Assembly (NCBI GenBank): GCA_951406725.2
Contig: OX597836.1
Location: 30,442,001-30,506,000, forward strand
DNA length: 64,000 nt
Direction: 5' to 3'
Source of the DNA: Octopus vulgaris
Lineage: Eukaryota
Part shown: piece after piece, positions 26,458 to 40,344 of the stretch
Position numbering within the stretch: position 1 is the first letter of the stretch
Layout of the letters: every line of letters starts with the position of its first letter
Made by a program: the position numbers and the translations under genes
The notes under the pieces: model-generated
Seen by the model: the letters and a program-made list of their open reading frames with translations, nothing else
Database searches by the model: none
Told to the model about the DNA's origin: nothing

Positions 26458-28132
26458 TATATCATCATCATCATTGTTTAACGTCCACTTCCCATGCTGG
26501 CATGGGTTGGATGGTTTGACTGAGGACTGCCAAACCAGAAGGCTTCACCAGGCTCCAATCTGATCTGACAAGGTTTCTACAGCTGGATGCCATTCCTAAT
26601 GCCAACCACTCTGAGAGTGTAGTGGGTGCTTTATACATGACACCAGCATGAGGGCCAATCAAGTGGTACTGGCATTGACCACACTTGAATGTTGCCTTTT
26701 ATGTACTATTAGCATGGGAGCCAATCAGGTAACACTGGCAACAACCACACACGAATGGTGCTTTTTATATGCCAACAGCACAGGAGCCAGTCAGGCGGCA
26801 CTGGCAATGACCACGCTTGAATGGTGCTTTTTACATGCCAACAGCACAGGAGCCAGTCAGGCGGCACTGGCAATGACCACGCTTGAATGGTGCTTTTTAC
26901 ATGCCACTGGCATGGGACCAGTCAGGCGGCACTGGCATCCAACATGTTCATATAGCACATTTTACATGCCTTTGGCACAGGAGCCAGTCCAGTAGGATTG
27001 TTATCAACCACGCTTGAATGGTGCTTATTACGTGCCACCCGGCATGGGTGCCAGTCAGGCAGTACTGACATCGGCCACGACAATGATTTCACTTAAATCA
27101 ACAGGTCTTCTCAAGCATAGTTTATTACCCAATGATTGAAGGGTACTCTTAAATGGGCCAGTTATGCGACACTAGCACAGGCCACAGTTACGGTCTCACT
27201 TGGCTGCTTTGTCTTCTCAAGCACAGCATATCTCCAAAGGTCTTGGTCACTTGTCATTGCATCCGTGAGGACCACCGTTCAAGGTCATGCTTCAGCAACT
27301 TGTTCCAGGTCTTCCTGAGTCTACCTCTTCCACATGTTCCCTCCACAGTTAGGGTGTGACACTTTTTCATACAGCTGCCCTCATCCAAACGCAACACATG
27401 ACCATACCAGTTCAGTCGTCTCTCTTGCCCACCACATCTGATGCTTCTTATGTCCAACTTTTCTCTCAGGGCGCTTACACTCTGTCATACACGTACACTG
27501 ACATTACACATCCATCAGAGCATACCAGCTTCATTTCTTGCAAGCTTACACATGTCCTCAGCAGTCACAGCCCATGTTTCACTCCGTGTAGCATGTCTGT
27601 TTGCACACATGCGTCATACAATCCACCTTTCAGGCTGAGTGAGAAGCCCTTTGTTACCAACAGAGGTAGGAGCTCTCTGAACTACGCCCAGGCTATTCTT
27701 ATTCTAGCAGCTACACTCTCAGAGCATCAACCTCCGCTACTGACTTGGTCACCTAGGTAATGGAAGCTACCAACTACTACTAGTTTTTCCCCACTGGCAT
27801 GTGACAGAAGCTGTTTTCTGCACATTTTCAGTGTTTATTGCCCCTGTGCATTTGCCCCACACAAAAACTATCTTCCCAGTTAGCTTTCCTTTGATATTGC
27901 GGCACCTCTTATGTGTCCATAGCTTACACTGGGTACATCTTACGGAGTTTCTACCTATGCCTTTTCTACAGATCGAGCAGGGCGTCTACCTGAATTGATT
28001 TGTGATTTGTCTGCCTTCCTACTTACTACTTTGATTTTTACTGGACTGACTCTAAGGTCTTTCAATTCTTCTGTTATTGCCTGAAGGACTACGATGAATA
28101 AGAGGGGTTGAGGAATGATCCTTGATGGACTC
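26458..28132 (-). mobile_element. 5'-truncated RTE-clade LINE: RT remnant, C-terminus, 3' UTR and (ATG)n tail
   Basis: With frameshifts: VHQGSFLNPLLFIVVLQAITEELK, a deletion, then PCSICRKGIGRN..YLGDQVSSGG..RRLNWYGHVLRLD..GRGRLRKTW. Many stops; tail ggacgttaaacaatgatgatgatg. Confidence 0.9.
26625..27080. repeat. 66-bp minisatellite, about 7 copies, in the LINE 3' UTR
   Basis: ggtgcttttta recurs at 26757, 26823 and 26889. Confidence 0.9.
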
Positions 28133-28163
<31 letters not shown>

Positions 28164-28183
28164 TATACATACATACATACATA

Positions 28184-28503
28184 ATGGCACTCCCATGGTT
28201 ATGACGTGTGTTCCAGTTGATCCAATCAACTGAGCACCCTGCTTGCGAAGCTGATTAATGTGCAACTGGCTGAGTACTCCACAGATACACAATCCTTTAA
28301 CATAGTTCTCAGGAGATTCACTGTGACACAGAATGCGATAAGGCTGGCTCTTTGAACTACAGGTAGAACAAATTTCTGCTAGCTGAGTGGACTGAAGCAA
28401 CATGAAATAAAATGCCTTGCTCAAGGACAACACGCTACTGGGAATCAAACTCAAAATTTCGCAATTGTGAGCTGTAATACCCTAACCAAAAAACCATGCA
28501 CTT
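28184..28503 (-). mobile_element. SINE D variant with alternative tail
   Basis: Homologous to 41138-41460; tccttgagcaaggca core, gatcaactggaacac tail. Confidence 0.8.
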
Positions 28504-28509
28504 TGACAT

Positions 28510-28519
28510 ATACATACAT

Positions 28520-28567
<48 letters not shown>

Positions 28568-28666
28568 AACATTTATATATGCATATATACACATGTATAT
28601 ATACACACATATATATATATACACACTTATGCATACATTCATTGTGTGTGTGTGTATATGTATGTG

Positions 28667-28706
<40 letters not shown>

Positions 28707-29008
28707 AACATTTATATATGTATATATACACATGTACATATGTATATATACATATATATACACACACACAAACATTTATATATGTATATATACACATGTA
28801 CATATGTATATATACATACATATATATATACACACTTATGCATGCATATATATATATATACACTCTCGTGCATGCATACATATATACACTCATTCATACA
28901 TACATACATACATAGACTCATACATACATACATACATACATAGACTCATAACACACATATGTACACACACATATATATAACATACATACATGCACGCGCA
29001 CACACACA
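28510..29008. repeat. Compound TA/CA microsatellite with internal duplications
   Basis: Seen directly; a similar tract lies at 29415-29660. Confidence 0.9.
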
Positions 29009-29413
29009 GAGTTTCTGTTGATTTTATAGTATAAGCACATAAAACTGCTCAACATATTTTTATGTTAAGAAGAGCAGAGTGTCTTAAGCACATTGATTTA
29101 TGAGAGATAAACAGGGATTAACTTTCTCGAGCCTGTTTATCTCACATAAATTAACATAGATATGCATTTATATAGATATACTATGTACGTACTTAAAATC
29201 TATATGATGTGCATATTTTGATAGTTCTATGTGCAATAACATTCAAAGACTCAATGCGCACATGCAGATGTGTTCCGTCTTGTATGGTAATGGGAATGAT
29301 GATGATTGTGATGGTTAAATCTACATAGATTAACGTCCACCTGCATGCCAGAGTGGAAGCATTTAACAGATTTAATATAATTATTCGCAGATAGCACACT
29401 TTCAGACATACAC

Positions 29414-29541
<128 letters not shown>

Positions 29542-29600
29542 GACTCATACCCAGATGCACACAATGCATACATTCACCACCACATATACAAATATACAAA

Positions 29601-29636
<36 letters not shown>

Positions 29637-30562
29637 CACACACACTCATGTATACACACACATCCATATATCAGAATAAAACTGGAGATTCGATTACAAA
29701 ATGATATTTAGTACGACATTATAAATTATATAATATTTACATGTATTTCATCAGAAAACTACGCAAAAGCTGTTACAGAGACAGTTGCATAATCACTCTA
29801 TAATACCAGATCAACAGAAGAAAGCAGTAATTTACTCTAAGTTGGTTACCAATGTTAGTTGGTAGGCAAATACAGGCTCAGAACTGCTTGCAACAAAATA
29901 TCCAGTTTTATTCTAATCATGACATAGACACAGTAAATGTACATAATGCCAAACAAAAATCAGAGAACAAACTATGTTTAATACCAAATTGAAAGGTGGA
30001 CATATATAGATTTACATGGAGATTTAAGTAAATGTTAACTTTAATGCTATTTCATTAAAAATAGTAACTTTTGAAGAAAAATGTATGTATGTGTGTGTTC
30101 ATATAGGGTGCATATCTTAAATGACCCATTATGCCCCACTTTCAAATTACCATGAAGATTAGAATTTCTAAGGATATTTCCTTTGTCCAAGATAACAAAG
30201 GCAAAGAATATACCTCTAGTATGAAAAATCTAAATCTGCAGTACTTCTTGCAGCAGCACAAAGTTTTGTTTGATGACCAGATATTGGATGGGCTAGTGAC
30301 TAGGTCAGAATAAAGAACTTGAAAAGGAGTTACCAGGAAAAATACAGCATTTATATTAGCAGGAAGGATGATGCACTCCATAATGGTTGCTACATTATAC
30401 ATCCTGGTTTGAAATTGGGAGAAATTAAAATTTGGCAAATGACCCATTAGGCCCCACTGACCTATTATACTCTATTCCCACTTATGTTTTATATATTTTA
30501 CAATCCATACAATGTATGCATGCTTGTGTGAGTATACCCACACAGACAAACACATATACACT

Positions 30563-30598
<36 letters not shown>

Positions 30599-31025
30599 CA
30601 CACACATACATATATATATACAATCCTTATCACAGAAGTTACAGCATAAATCATATTTACCATCATGGCAGATATTAAATTCAAAAATGTATGCATCTGA
30701 CTCAAGAAACACATGTTCTTTCTCTATCTAAAGGGTTTAACTTATATCTGACTTCCTTTGCACTATCACTATTTTGTTTTTTTTTAAATAAATCCTATCC
30801 CTCATTAACCCTTATGCAAGCCCTGACTTCCCATCAAAGTGTTCCAGCTTAAACCACGCCATTCCGCAAAACATTTGTCTCATTGCTTGTCTTGGAATAT
30901 ATCATCCAATGTAGCACAGGTACAACATCAATTTTCTGAAACCTTTGATTTCAAAACCTTTCTGGATTACTGATTTTTCCAAACTAAGGGTGATCACACT
31001 CTAAGCAAATATCAAATTTATTTAA

Positions 31026-31203
31026 CCCTTTCGTTACTGTATTTATTTTGAGATGTTCTGTGTTTCTTTCAATTACTTTAAATATAACAAAGAATTTAGT
31101 AAAATAACTTAGTTATCATTCAGCTTGTATTAGGAACATAAATTGTGACTAAGGCTTGGTGGAAGATTTTAATTGAAACCTTAAGAAAACAAGACATTTG
31201 TAC
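31026..31203 (+). mobile_element. MITE family F, 5' part
   Basis: Starts ttaa|ccctttcgttac; contains aagaatttagtaaaataactt. Confidence 0.7.
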
Positions 31204-31204
31204 A

Positions 31205-31795
31205 GGATGAAAGGCAAAGTCAACCCTGATGGCATTTGAACTCAGAACACGAAGACAGACGAAATACTGCTAAGCATTTCGCCTAGTGTGCTAACAATTC
31301 TGTCAGCTCATCGCCTTAAAGTAAAGTTCCTTCCTGAGCCATACAGACTCATAAGGCCGGTTTCCATGGCGTAGCAATTCCCCACCTGGATGGGACACCA
31401 GTCCATCACAGGATTACTCATTTTTAGCCAGCTGAGTGGACTGGAGCAATGTGAAATGGAGTGTTTTGCTCAAGAACACAATGTGTTGCCTGGTTCAAGA
31501 GTCGAAACCACAATCTTGTGATCATGAGGCCAACACTCTAACCACTAAGCCACACACCTCAACAGCAACAACAACAATGGTGGTTTCAAATTTTGGCACA
31601 AGGCCAGTGACTTCAGAGGAGAGGTTGATCTATTACATCGACCCCAGTGTACAACTAGAAATTATTTTATTGACCCCAGGAAGGATGAAAGACAAAGTTG
31701 ATCTCAGCAGTATTTGAACTCAGAATGTAACGGTTGACAAAACATTGCAAAGCATTTTGCCTGGCATGCTAACAATTCTACCAACTTGCACCTTA
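31205..31795 (-). mobile_element. SINE B / SINE D / SINE B cluster
   Basis: B at 31205-31317, D at 31320-31560, B at 31575-31795. Confidence 0.8.
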
Positions 31796-32234
31796 ATAAT
31801 AATAAGATGCATTTTCTAGTTTAAAATTTATAGAGCTTTTAAATAAAAGTAATGAATTCCATTTCTCCTGAGAATTCTTACAAATGTTAAAACTTTACTC
31901 TAGAATGCATGAATTATCAATATGCAGGAAGAAAATTATTTATTGGTCTTTTTCATAGTTTTTTTCTTTTTGGTAAGGGGTGTGTTCAATATAAAACACA
32001 CACACACACACATATGTGCACAATTTCAATAACTTTAAAATTAGGGGATATTAATAATTCTTTACAAGAAATAATGTTGTTCAAAAATAAAGAATCCTTA
32101 GAGCATATCCAAGCTTTCAGTTTTGTTATTACTTCCCATAGAGTTCAATATTTGAAGTATCAGAATTTATTACCAGTAGGCATTAGAGAGTTAAGGAATA
32201 GGAAGTAGAAATAATTTCACGAAACGGAATAAAC

Positions 32235-32592
32235 AGGTACAGGCATGGCTGCGTGGTTTAGAAGCTCTCTTTGCATCCATGTGGTTTCGGGTTCAGTCCC
32301 ACTGTATGGCACCTTGGGCAGGCATCTTCTACAGCCCCAAACCAACCTTGTGAGTGAATTTCATAAATAGTAACTCTCTTTTTCTCTCTCTCTGTCTGTC
32401 TCTCTTTGTTCCTCCCCACAACTTGACAACCAGTGCTGGTTTTACATTCCCATCCCCTGTAACTAAGTAGTTCAACAAAAAACTTTTTTTTTTTAAATTG
32501 GTGGGGTTGGTTTGTTTGACTAAAACTTTCAAAGTGGTGCCCTGGCATAGCCACAATCCAAATACTGAAACAAGTAAAGGATAAAGGATAAA
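32235..32592 (+). mobile_element. SINE A
   Basis: ggcatggctgcgtggtt head, ggcaccttgggcagg core, gaaacaagtaaaggataaaggata tail. Confidence 0.85.
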
Positions 32593-32944
32593 GACATGTA
32601 GGCAAAAGATACATACATCAGCAAGATAAACTAACAAACTAGTGTATCAAATTGAAATATTCAACAGTATTTATTCTGTCCAAGTTCTACAACCAATTCC
32701 CTTGTTACACTGTCACACCACTGTAACTGTAGTAAACCAGGAATTGGTCAATTGAGAAACATATAACCAATTATGTCATTATGCATGTAATAATAAAAGA
32801 AATATCTAAATATCCTTCTTGATTTTTATTTTTACCTTGAGCCCTAAGACTCATAAGGCCAGTTGCTCAATTTCCATAGTATATATGTAACTGAGATTAT
32901 AATATGCTCACTGAACAGACACTAATCCATTGCAAAGTTCAAAG

Positions 32945-33142
32945 TCAGCAATTTTGAGGAGAGGAGGCAAGTTGGTCACATTGATCACTAGTACTTGTCT
33001 GGTAATTTATTTTATCAACCCCAAAGAGATGAAAGGCAAAGATGACTTTGTCAGGATTTGAATTCATTTATGTAAAATGCCAGAAGGAATACTGCCAAGC
33101 ATTTTGTCTGACATGCTAACAATTCTGCCAGCTTGCCGTCTT
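32945..33142 (-). mobile_element. SINE B
   Basis: gatgaaaggcaaag..tgctaacaattctgccagcttgcc. Confidence 0.75.
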
Positions 33143-33299
33143 ACCTCTTCATATGCTAACTTAAAACATTAAAATATAGTTATTTGTATTGGAGGCCCCA
33201 ACCACTGGGCTGCAGATCAGTAGAGGGCCTTGGATCATTTGGTATCGAGCTACACAGAAAAGGCAAATTTTAAAATTCTATTTCTATGTTATTAACTAT

Positions 33300-33454
33300 C
33301 ACAGTCTGCAGTGTTTAATTGAACACATTGACCCTAGTACATCTTTTGAGGCTGGTACTTATTCTACCACCCTCTTTTGCTGAACTGCTAAGTTACAGGG
33401 ATGGAAACAAACCAATGCAAATTACTAATCAGAGGTGGAGGACAAACAAAATAT

Positions 33455-33488
<34 letters not shown>

Positions 33489-33683
33489 AAAAGAGAGAGA
33501 GGGGGAGGAGGAGAGAGATGACAGGTTTCTTTCAGTTTCTGCCTAGCAAATCCACTCATAATGTTTTGGTTGGTATACGGTTATAGTGGAAGGCACTTGC
33601 CCAAGGTGTCATGCACCAGAAGTGAACCTAAAACCATGTGGTTGGGAAGCAAGCTTCTTACCACACAACTAAGCTTGCACCTG
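33300..33683 (-). mobile_element. SINE A
   Basis: ctcttttgctgaactgctaagttacagg..cacttgcccaaggtg..accatgtggttgggaagc. Confidence 0.8.
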
Positions 33684-34389
33684 TATATAAAATGATAAAA
33701 TATAATTGTCACACTAAACAGAAATAAATGAATCCTACTGGCTGACAATCTATTTTGTAGAAGTAGTTTCAGGACCAACTTAAAAAGATTTGGGGTGGTT
33801 TTGTTGGGATGAGATGCTTTGTATGACTTTTTTTTTTACTTCTTTAACTTTCGTGGAATTTGTTCTAACAGAAGAAAATGTGTAAAGACATTTTTTTATT
33901 TGTTTTCTACATATATTTCATATACTAGGTGTCTTTGGCAGGATATAGATTACACTCGCAATAAGATAAAATTCTCTTTGTTTTTCTTTTGTAATTTTCT
34001 TCATACTTTTCGTAAATATATTTAACAGTTAAACATTTCGTAAAAAGAAAAACACATGAAGAATTTCAATTCACAGTGGTCTTCATTTAAATAAAAGATT
34101 CTGACAAGCTCATACACAGACATTTTTATAAACTAAGAACAATTTGAAATAAAGAAAAACTGCTCAAAGTTTACAATAGTATCACCACCAACTGCACGTA
34201 ACTAACAGACATCTCTATTTAAACAAAGTGGTGACTTTTAACCAGTTCAAGAAAAAGTGTGTCTTTTTACGCACCTAATTATCTTTTTACATTTAAAACC
34301 ATTGTACATTTAAAACTATTCATTCATGAGACGTGTATAGCCAATAACAAGGAAATGTTTCTTGCAATTTCTTTTTAAACTATTGTTCA

Positions 34390-34546
34390 TATAACACACA
34401 TATGCCTATACGCATATACACTAACATATACATATATATACATACACACACACACACACACACAGACATATATACATACATACAGATATATATATGTGTA
34501 TATATATATATATATATATACATATATATACATATATACAGATATA

Positions 34547-34578
<32 letters not shown>

Positions 34579-34641
34579 CATATATATACATATATACATA
34601 TATATACATATATACATATATACATATATATACATATATAC

Positions 34642-34674
<33 letters not shown>

Positions 34675-34723
34675 CACATACAAATGCATACAGATATATA
34701 TATATATATATACAAATGCATAC

Positions 34724-34762
<39 letters not shown>

Positions 34763-35030
34763 AATGCATACAGATATATATATATATATATATACAAATG
34801 CATACAGATATATCTATATATATATATACACGTAAAGAAATATATTATAAGTAAAGAAATATATATATATACACATACAAATGCATACGATATAGATATA
34901 TACACATGCATACAGATACATATATATATACACATGCATACAGATACATATATATATATATGTGTGTGTGTGGTGTGTGTGTAAATATACATACAAGCAC
35001 ATACAGAGGTGTGTGTGTGTGTGTACACCT
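34390..35030. repeat. Compound microsatellite with caaatgcatacaga(ta)n higher-order unit
   Basis: Seen directly. Confidence 0.95.
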
Positions 35031-36569
35031 ATACAAACATATATGGTGTTTGTATGTATGCGTGTATGCATCACTGTGTAAATGTTTAAATTTCTAAACT
35101 GATGCATACAAAATTTCATAGAAATAAAATTGAATTAAGCCAAGCTTTAGAAATAACTGCCATCCTCTTCATTCAAACTCTTGTCAAAAACACAGTCTTT
35201 CAGAACAGGGCATAGATAACTGATGTATACTAAACAGAAGAGATTAAAGAAGGAGACACAACAAAGCTACATATGTCATTTACGAACCTTCAACATCAGA
35301 TTTTATACTTCGACTTCGCAGTAAGAATTCCAACAATCTTCAGTACAAAGCTTCTCGCAGATTTGTCTTTCAATGTAGCTCTTGCTAATCTGAATTAGCA
35401 GTTATGAAGAATTACAATTACGCAACTTATCTACCCGCTCTAAAAACAGACTTTGCTCTCCCCGTCACCATCCATCCATGAATTTTCAAAATAAAATACT
35501 TTGGGGGGAAAAAAAATGAATAAATAAAATCGAGAGGAGAGAGAGAGAGAGAACGATATCTATTTGTAAGAGAGAGAGAGAGAGAGAGAAAGGTGTATAT
35601 ATGGAGAGAAACAGAGGGAGAGAGAAGAGAGATAGGAAGAAAGAAGAGTAAAGAAGGCTATAGAAAGTAAGAACGGAGGAGGGTATACGATAACAAAAGA
35701 TAAGATCAATATGTAAATTGTAAATGCACAGTCATTTGCCCTATTTGTGCATTTTCAGTAAATTAAGACATTTAAACTAAGTAAAGACTTTGAATATTGT
35801 TCTTTCCCTTAAAAAAAAATTTTGAAAAAAAACAGGATCAAACCAAGCGGAAAATGTAAGAAGTTCTCAACATGCTTCATATGATATTTATTATTAAGCT
35901 AATTAATTTACAGGTGGTTGCTGTTAGCAATTTGAAATATTTTAAGAAAAATATCCAAAATAAAATGCAAAAACAAAAAGCATTTTTTTTTTCTTTTTAT
36001 CAACTAATAAAGTTATTTCCAATTGAAAAGAATCTGTTAAAATGCACATGATTGTAAACTGATCACAAAAAAAGTAGTAGTAGTAATGAATAAGCAAAAA
36101 ATAAAAAAAAAACATTGTGATTTCTTTAAAAATATTTTATTTTCATTAAAAATAATTTTTGGTTATTGAAATTGTATTTCATTAGAATATAAAAAAAAGT
36201 TTAAGGTTTTTAAAAACAAATATGTCAGAATGAAATATCAAAATTAAATAAATAATAAATAATAAACTTAAAAATTAAAATATCCATTAATAAACTATTA
36301 TTATTATTATATTTATTATTACTGAACGAGTGTTTTTCCCTTAGTTACTATAATGTGCAGATTTGGAAGTTGCACAATAATTTAATTATTCTTCTAAATC
36401 AGTAGAAAGAAGTCAGTCAGAAAGCACAAAAACGATTAATTCTACAAATTTCATTTCAGAATGGCTATATTAAAACTCCAACAGTTAACAAATAAATATT
36501 TAATGCATTAAAACCTTTCCCTTACATTCTAGGTCTCATCTTTGACTCCTCGTTTATTATCATTATCAT

Positions 36570-36790
36570 TGGTGAACTCACAAAGTCATTAGCATGTCAG
36601 AGGCAATGCTTAGGTGACATTTCTTCTGGCTCTGTGTTCTGAGTTCAAATGCTACTGAGGCCAACTTTGACTTTCATCCTTTCAGGGTCAAAAAAGTAAG
36701 TACCAGTTGAGTACCAGGGTTGTCAATGTAATTGACCAGCCCCTCCAAACAAAATTTCAAGCCTTGTGTCAAATATTAAAAAGAATTATT
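36570..36790 (+). mobile_element. SINE B
   Basis: gttctgagttcaaat..ctttcatcctttcagggtc..aagtaccagttgag. Confidence 0.75.
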
Positions 36791-37594
36791 ATTATTATTA
36801 TTATTTTGAATTTAAACTTAGTGGTTTCATCTCTGGCTAAGTATCCCCCACTAACAGTCCAACAATCAATAATTCTATGAGCCAACCCAACCATTAGTAA
36901 TAATATATAGCTAAGCCCGATAGGGTCAAATATTATGCTTGGCTCTTGCTCTCTGATGGTATATAAGCCTGTTTTGCCTGTACAAGGTTTTATGAGTGAG
37001 GTCACTAAGTTCAATGACATCTTTAGAATAGACATGCCTTTTAACAATTCTATAACTTAGAACCACATTTTGCTATCCACCCTTGTAATTAACAGATTGT
37101 AATCCCACCCAATTTACTTTTCTTAAAAAGTTTCAAAATTTCACTTGTTGATGATCTGTTGATCAATTAGCATATCGCTGTTCCTTTGTCTATTTCATAA
37201 GTCTGATGAGTTGAGAGATATTAGTTACATAATGTGTAACGTAATCTTATGGGTGTAGTGCATACTACATATCTGCTTATACCATGTTTACATAATAAAG
37301 ACTCTTGATAAAGGAATTGAAGCAGTACCAGATTACTCATTTGCCTGTTTTATTACACACACACACATATATAATATATATATAATATACATATATGCAT
37401 ACACATACACACACATATATATAATATGCATAGACACGGTTAAGAAATTCATTTTGCAATCATGTACTTTGTAGATTCACTGCACAGTACTTTGGGCAGG
37501 TGTTTTCAGCTATAGACTGTAGTAGAATTTAGTAGACAAAAACTGCTCAGAAGTTCATTGTGAGTGTGTTTGTGTGTATACACATTCATCTCCT

Positions 37595-37790
37595 TCTGTC
37601 TGTGTTTTTTCTCTGTGTATCTTTCTGTTGAAGAGCGTAGGCTCGAAACGTTAAAGACTTGTTTTATTTATATTTCCTGAGCGCCATACTAATACAATTG
37701 TTTGTTTGTATTCCACCTGCCTTCGTCTTTTGTTTATTTCCGTAAACCTACCTTCGTCTTTTGTCTATTTTCATAAAGCTTCCCGTTATA
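37595..37790 (+). mobile_element. Penelope-like terminal fragment inside SINE A, with hammerhead-like motif at 37620-37657
   Basis: tcttt-ctgttga-a-gagc-gtag-gctc-gaaac-gtt-aaaga; shares cctgagcg..aatac with 45522-45724 and ends in (ta)n. Confidence 0.65.
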
Positions 37791-38787
37791 TATATATATA
37801 TGTGAGTGTCACGTTCTTTATGTTTGTGCCGCTTACTGTCTCGTGTCTTGGTAGTTCAACAACTAAACATCAATAAAATTAGTGCCAGGCTTAAATATGT
37901 ACTGAAGTTGTTATACTCAACTTAAACATATCAAGTTGGAAGCTAGTGCACCAGCATGGCCACAGTCAAATTACTAAAACCTGTAAAAATACACACACAC
38001 ACACACACACACATATCGGTGCACATACATATTGGCGTATTATTAGCATTTCAATTCTTCTGTGTGTTCCTTAATATATTGATATTTTCATGAACTTTTC
38101 CAATAACAATGAATACTGATTAGAATTCATTGTTCTAATCCCCAAATAACAATGAGCTTTCTCTACTACAGAAGACTGTGTTTGTCAACAAACACAGAGG
38201 CAGGGGGCATTATTTGACATTATTTAACATTCAGAAATCCCAAGCATGCTATATGAGAGCAAGTAATTACTTGCATCTCCGTGATTCTAACATCTCTTGT
38301 CCATTTTTCCAGCCGAGTAAGCAGCGCAAAACTAGAAAACTCATAATGACAAGACAGAAACTGACTGATACGTACCAAATAACGAAAAATCTTAATTACG
38401 GTATAGATTTTCTGAAATACCCTCGTTTAATTGCTTAGAAGATAGTCAGATAGTCACAACAAAAATTAATGTCAAACTAGACTCAGGCAGTTGTTGGACT
38501 AACTGTGGCAAGGATCAAATTCAATTGAGCATCAAACACAGTTCATTGTAGTAATCTGAATAACAATTAATGGATATAAGTGTCATGTTTATTCAAACTT
38601 AGAAAATTACAGAAACACTGCATTCATATATAGGTGTACATATATATGTGTGCTTGTTTGTGTATATAAGACAGATGGACAAACAGATAAATATATATAT
38701 ATATACATAATACATGGGAGACAGACAGGCAGCCAGATAAATATTCATGCATATCACACATGTATGCATTTGTATTATACATGTGTC

Positions 38788-38818
<31 letters not shown>

Positions 38819-40344
38819 AAGAGCAAGAGAGAGACAGGCTGACACAGATTATATATACATGCTTAAATGCATATGCACACATATGCACATGCGCATGTTT
38901 ATATATGTGTGTATATGTGTGCTCAAGTGTGTGCGTACTAATTTCCCATTGTAATATATGAAGTGACAACAGAAAACAGTTAATAGATATTGTGAAGTCA
39001 GGCATTAATGATTGAGAACAAATGAAAAAAATACGGTAATGCAATTCAGTATTGAATTGAATATAAATTGCAACTTAAAACACTATACATCCGAAAGTCA
39101 CATTTTCAATATTTATTTATTCAACATGCTTCCAGCCAGTTTAAATCGAATTACGTGTGCATATGGAATTTATATATACATATATATATATATATACATA
39201 TATACACACACACATTCATCTGCATCTTTGGTCTGAAGAAATAACTAATTGTCATTCTTATATAAGAATTCCAAAGAGATACTGTAGGTTGTGAGAACAC
39301 ACACAAACACATACGCAAATTGTTGAAAGAATATTTTATTACATTCGAGTTATGTGTGTATCAAGAGTAACAAATTCACTGATTCAATAAATTGAAATTT
39401 ATAAAAACAGATTATCAGATAAACAAGAAAATTACTGTTATATTCCTCATTTTGCATTATAGTATAGACCCTTTGGATGTAGTACATGAGGTGAAAACAT
39501 GAAGAATGTTAAGCTAATTTTTAATTCCTGTTTTTAGATGCATATGCCCACATAATTAGTTATCCTGAAGCAAAATGGAGTGCTGACAGCTCGTTAATTG
39601 AACCTTTTTCATCAGATTTAACACTTAATCGACTAAGATACAGGGAAGTGTCAGCTCTTATTTGAATGAAGAATTATTTTTAAACGGAATGATGAAAATG
39701 AACAGTTGGTTGGTTGATTGGTTAGTTACTTAAACTCAGATCAACCTTGATCAAGTAGTTAAAAAAAAAAGAGTTAAACTTTGTCATTGGCTTACAGGCT
39801 CATTAGGTTGCAGCTTAACCAGATTACCAAGGTAGTGACAGAAAGAGAATCAGTCCATCATAAGGTTAACAAACCCTAGCTGTAGCTGCCACCTATTTTC
39901 AGTCGAGTGGTCTAGAGAAACATGTCGAATGTGATGCTTATCTATTCACATTATTTTGAATCAATCATGCATTATCTCATAGCTTCAAGATTTCAATGAT
40001 GTGATTGCTTATTTTCAGAATGACATTGTAGGGTAAAGGGTAAACCAAGGAAACCACCAACTTTCAGTTATTGGATTCTTCTTCCATTATTCATTCCAAG
40101 TGAACGATATAGCTTTTATGCAGTCGCTCATTCTGCTAAAAATAGCAATGACGTCTCTTTCATACCACTCCTCACTATTTAAACTAAAAGACTGTATAGT
40201 CATGGTCAGGCCAGAATACTTTTAAGTATAGGTCTAACATAGGACAGTGAAAGGCACATAGTATAGAGGTTAGGGAGTTGGGCTCATAATTTTATAAGGT
40301 TGCAGGGCTCAGTTATTTGTCGTTTGTAAAGCACTTCATTCTAA

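Noticed and set aside
26648-26995. ORF with a 22-aa repeat, or a CRISPR-like array
   Set aside because: It is a 66-bp tandem repeat in a LINE UTR with no unique spacers and no cas genes.
29765-29825. Minus-strand relative of the 20124 motif (gtaacagcttttg)
   Set aside because: The core is not recognisable.
37203-37338. ctgatgag as a further hammerhead
   Set aside because: No intact GAAA or convincing stems; too degenerate to call.
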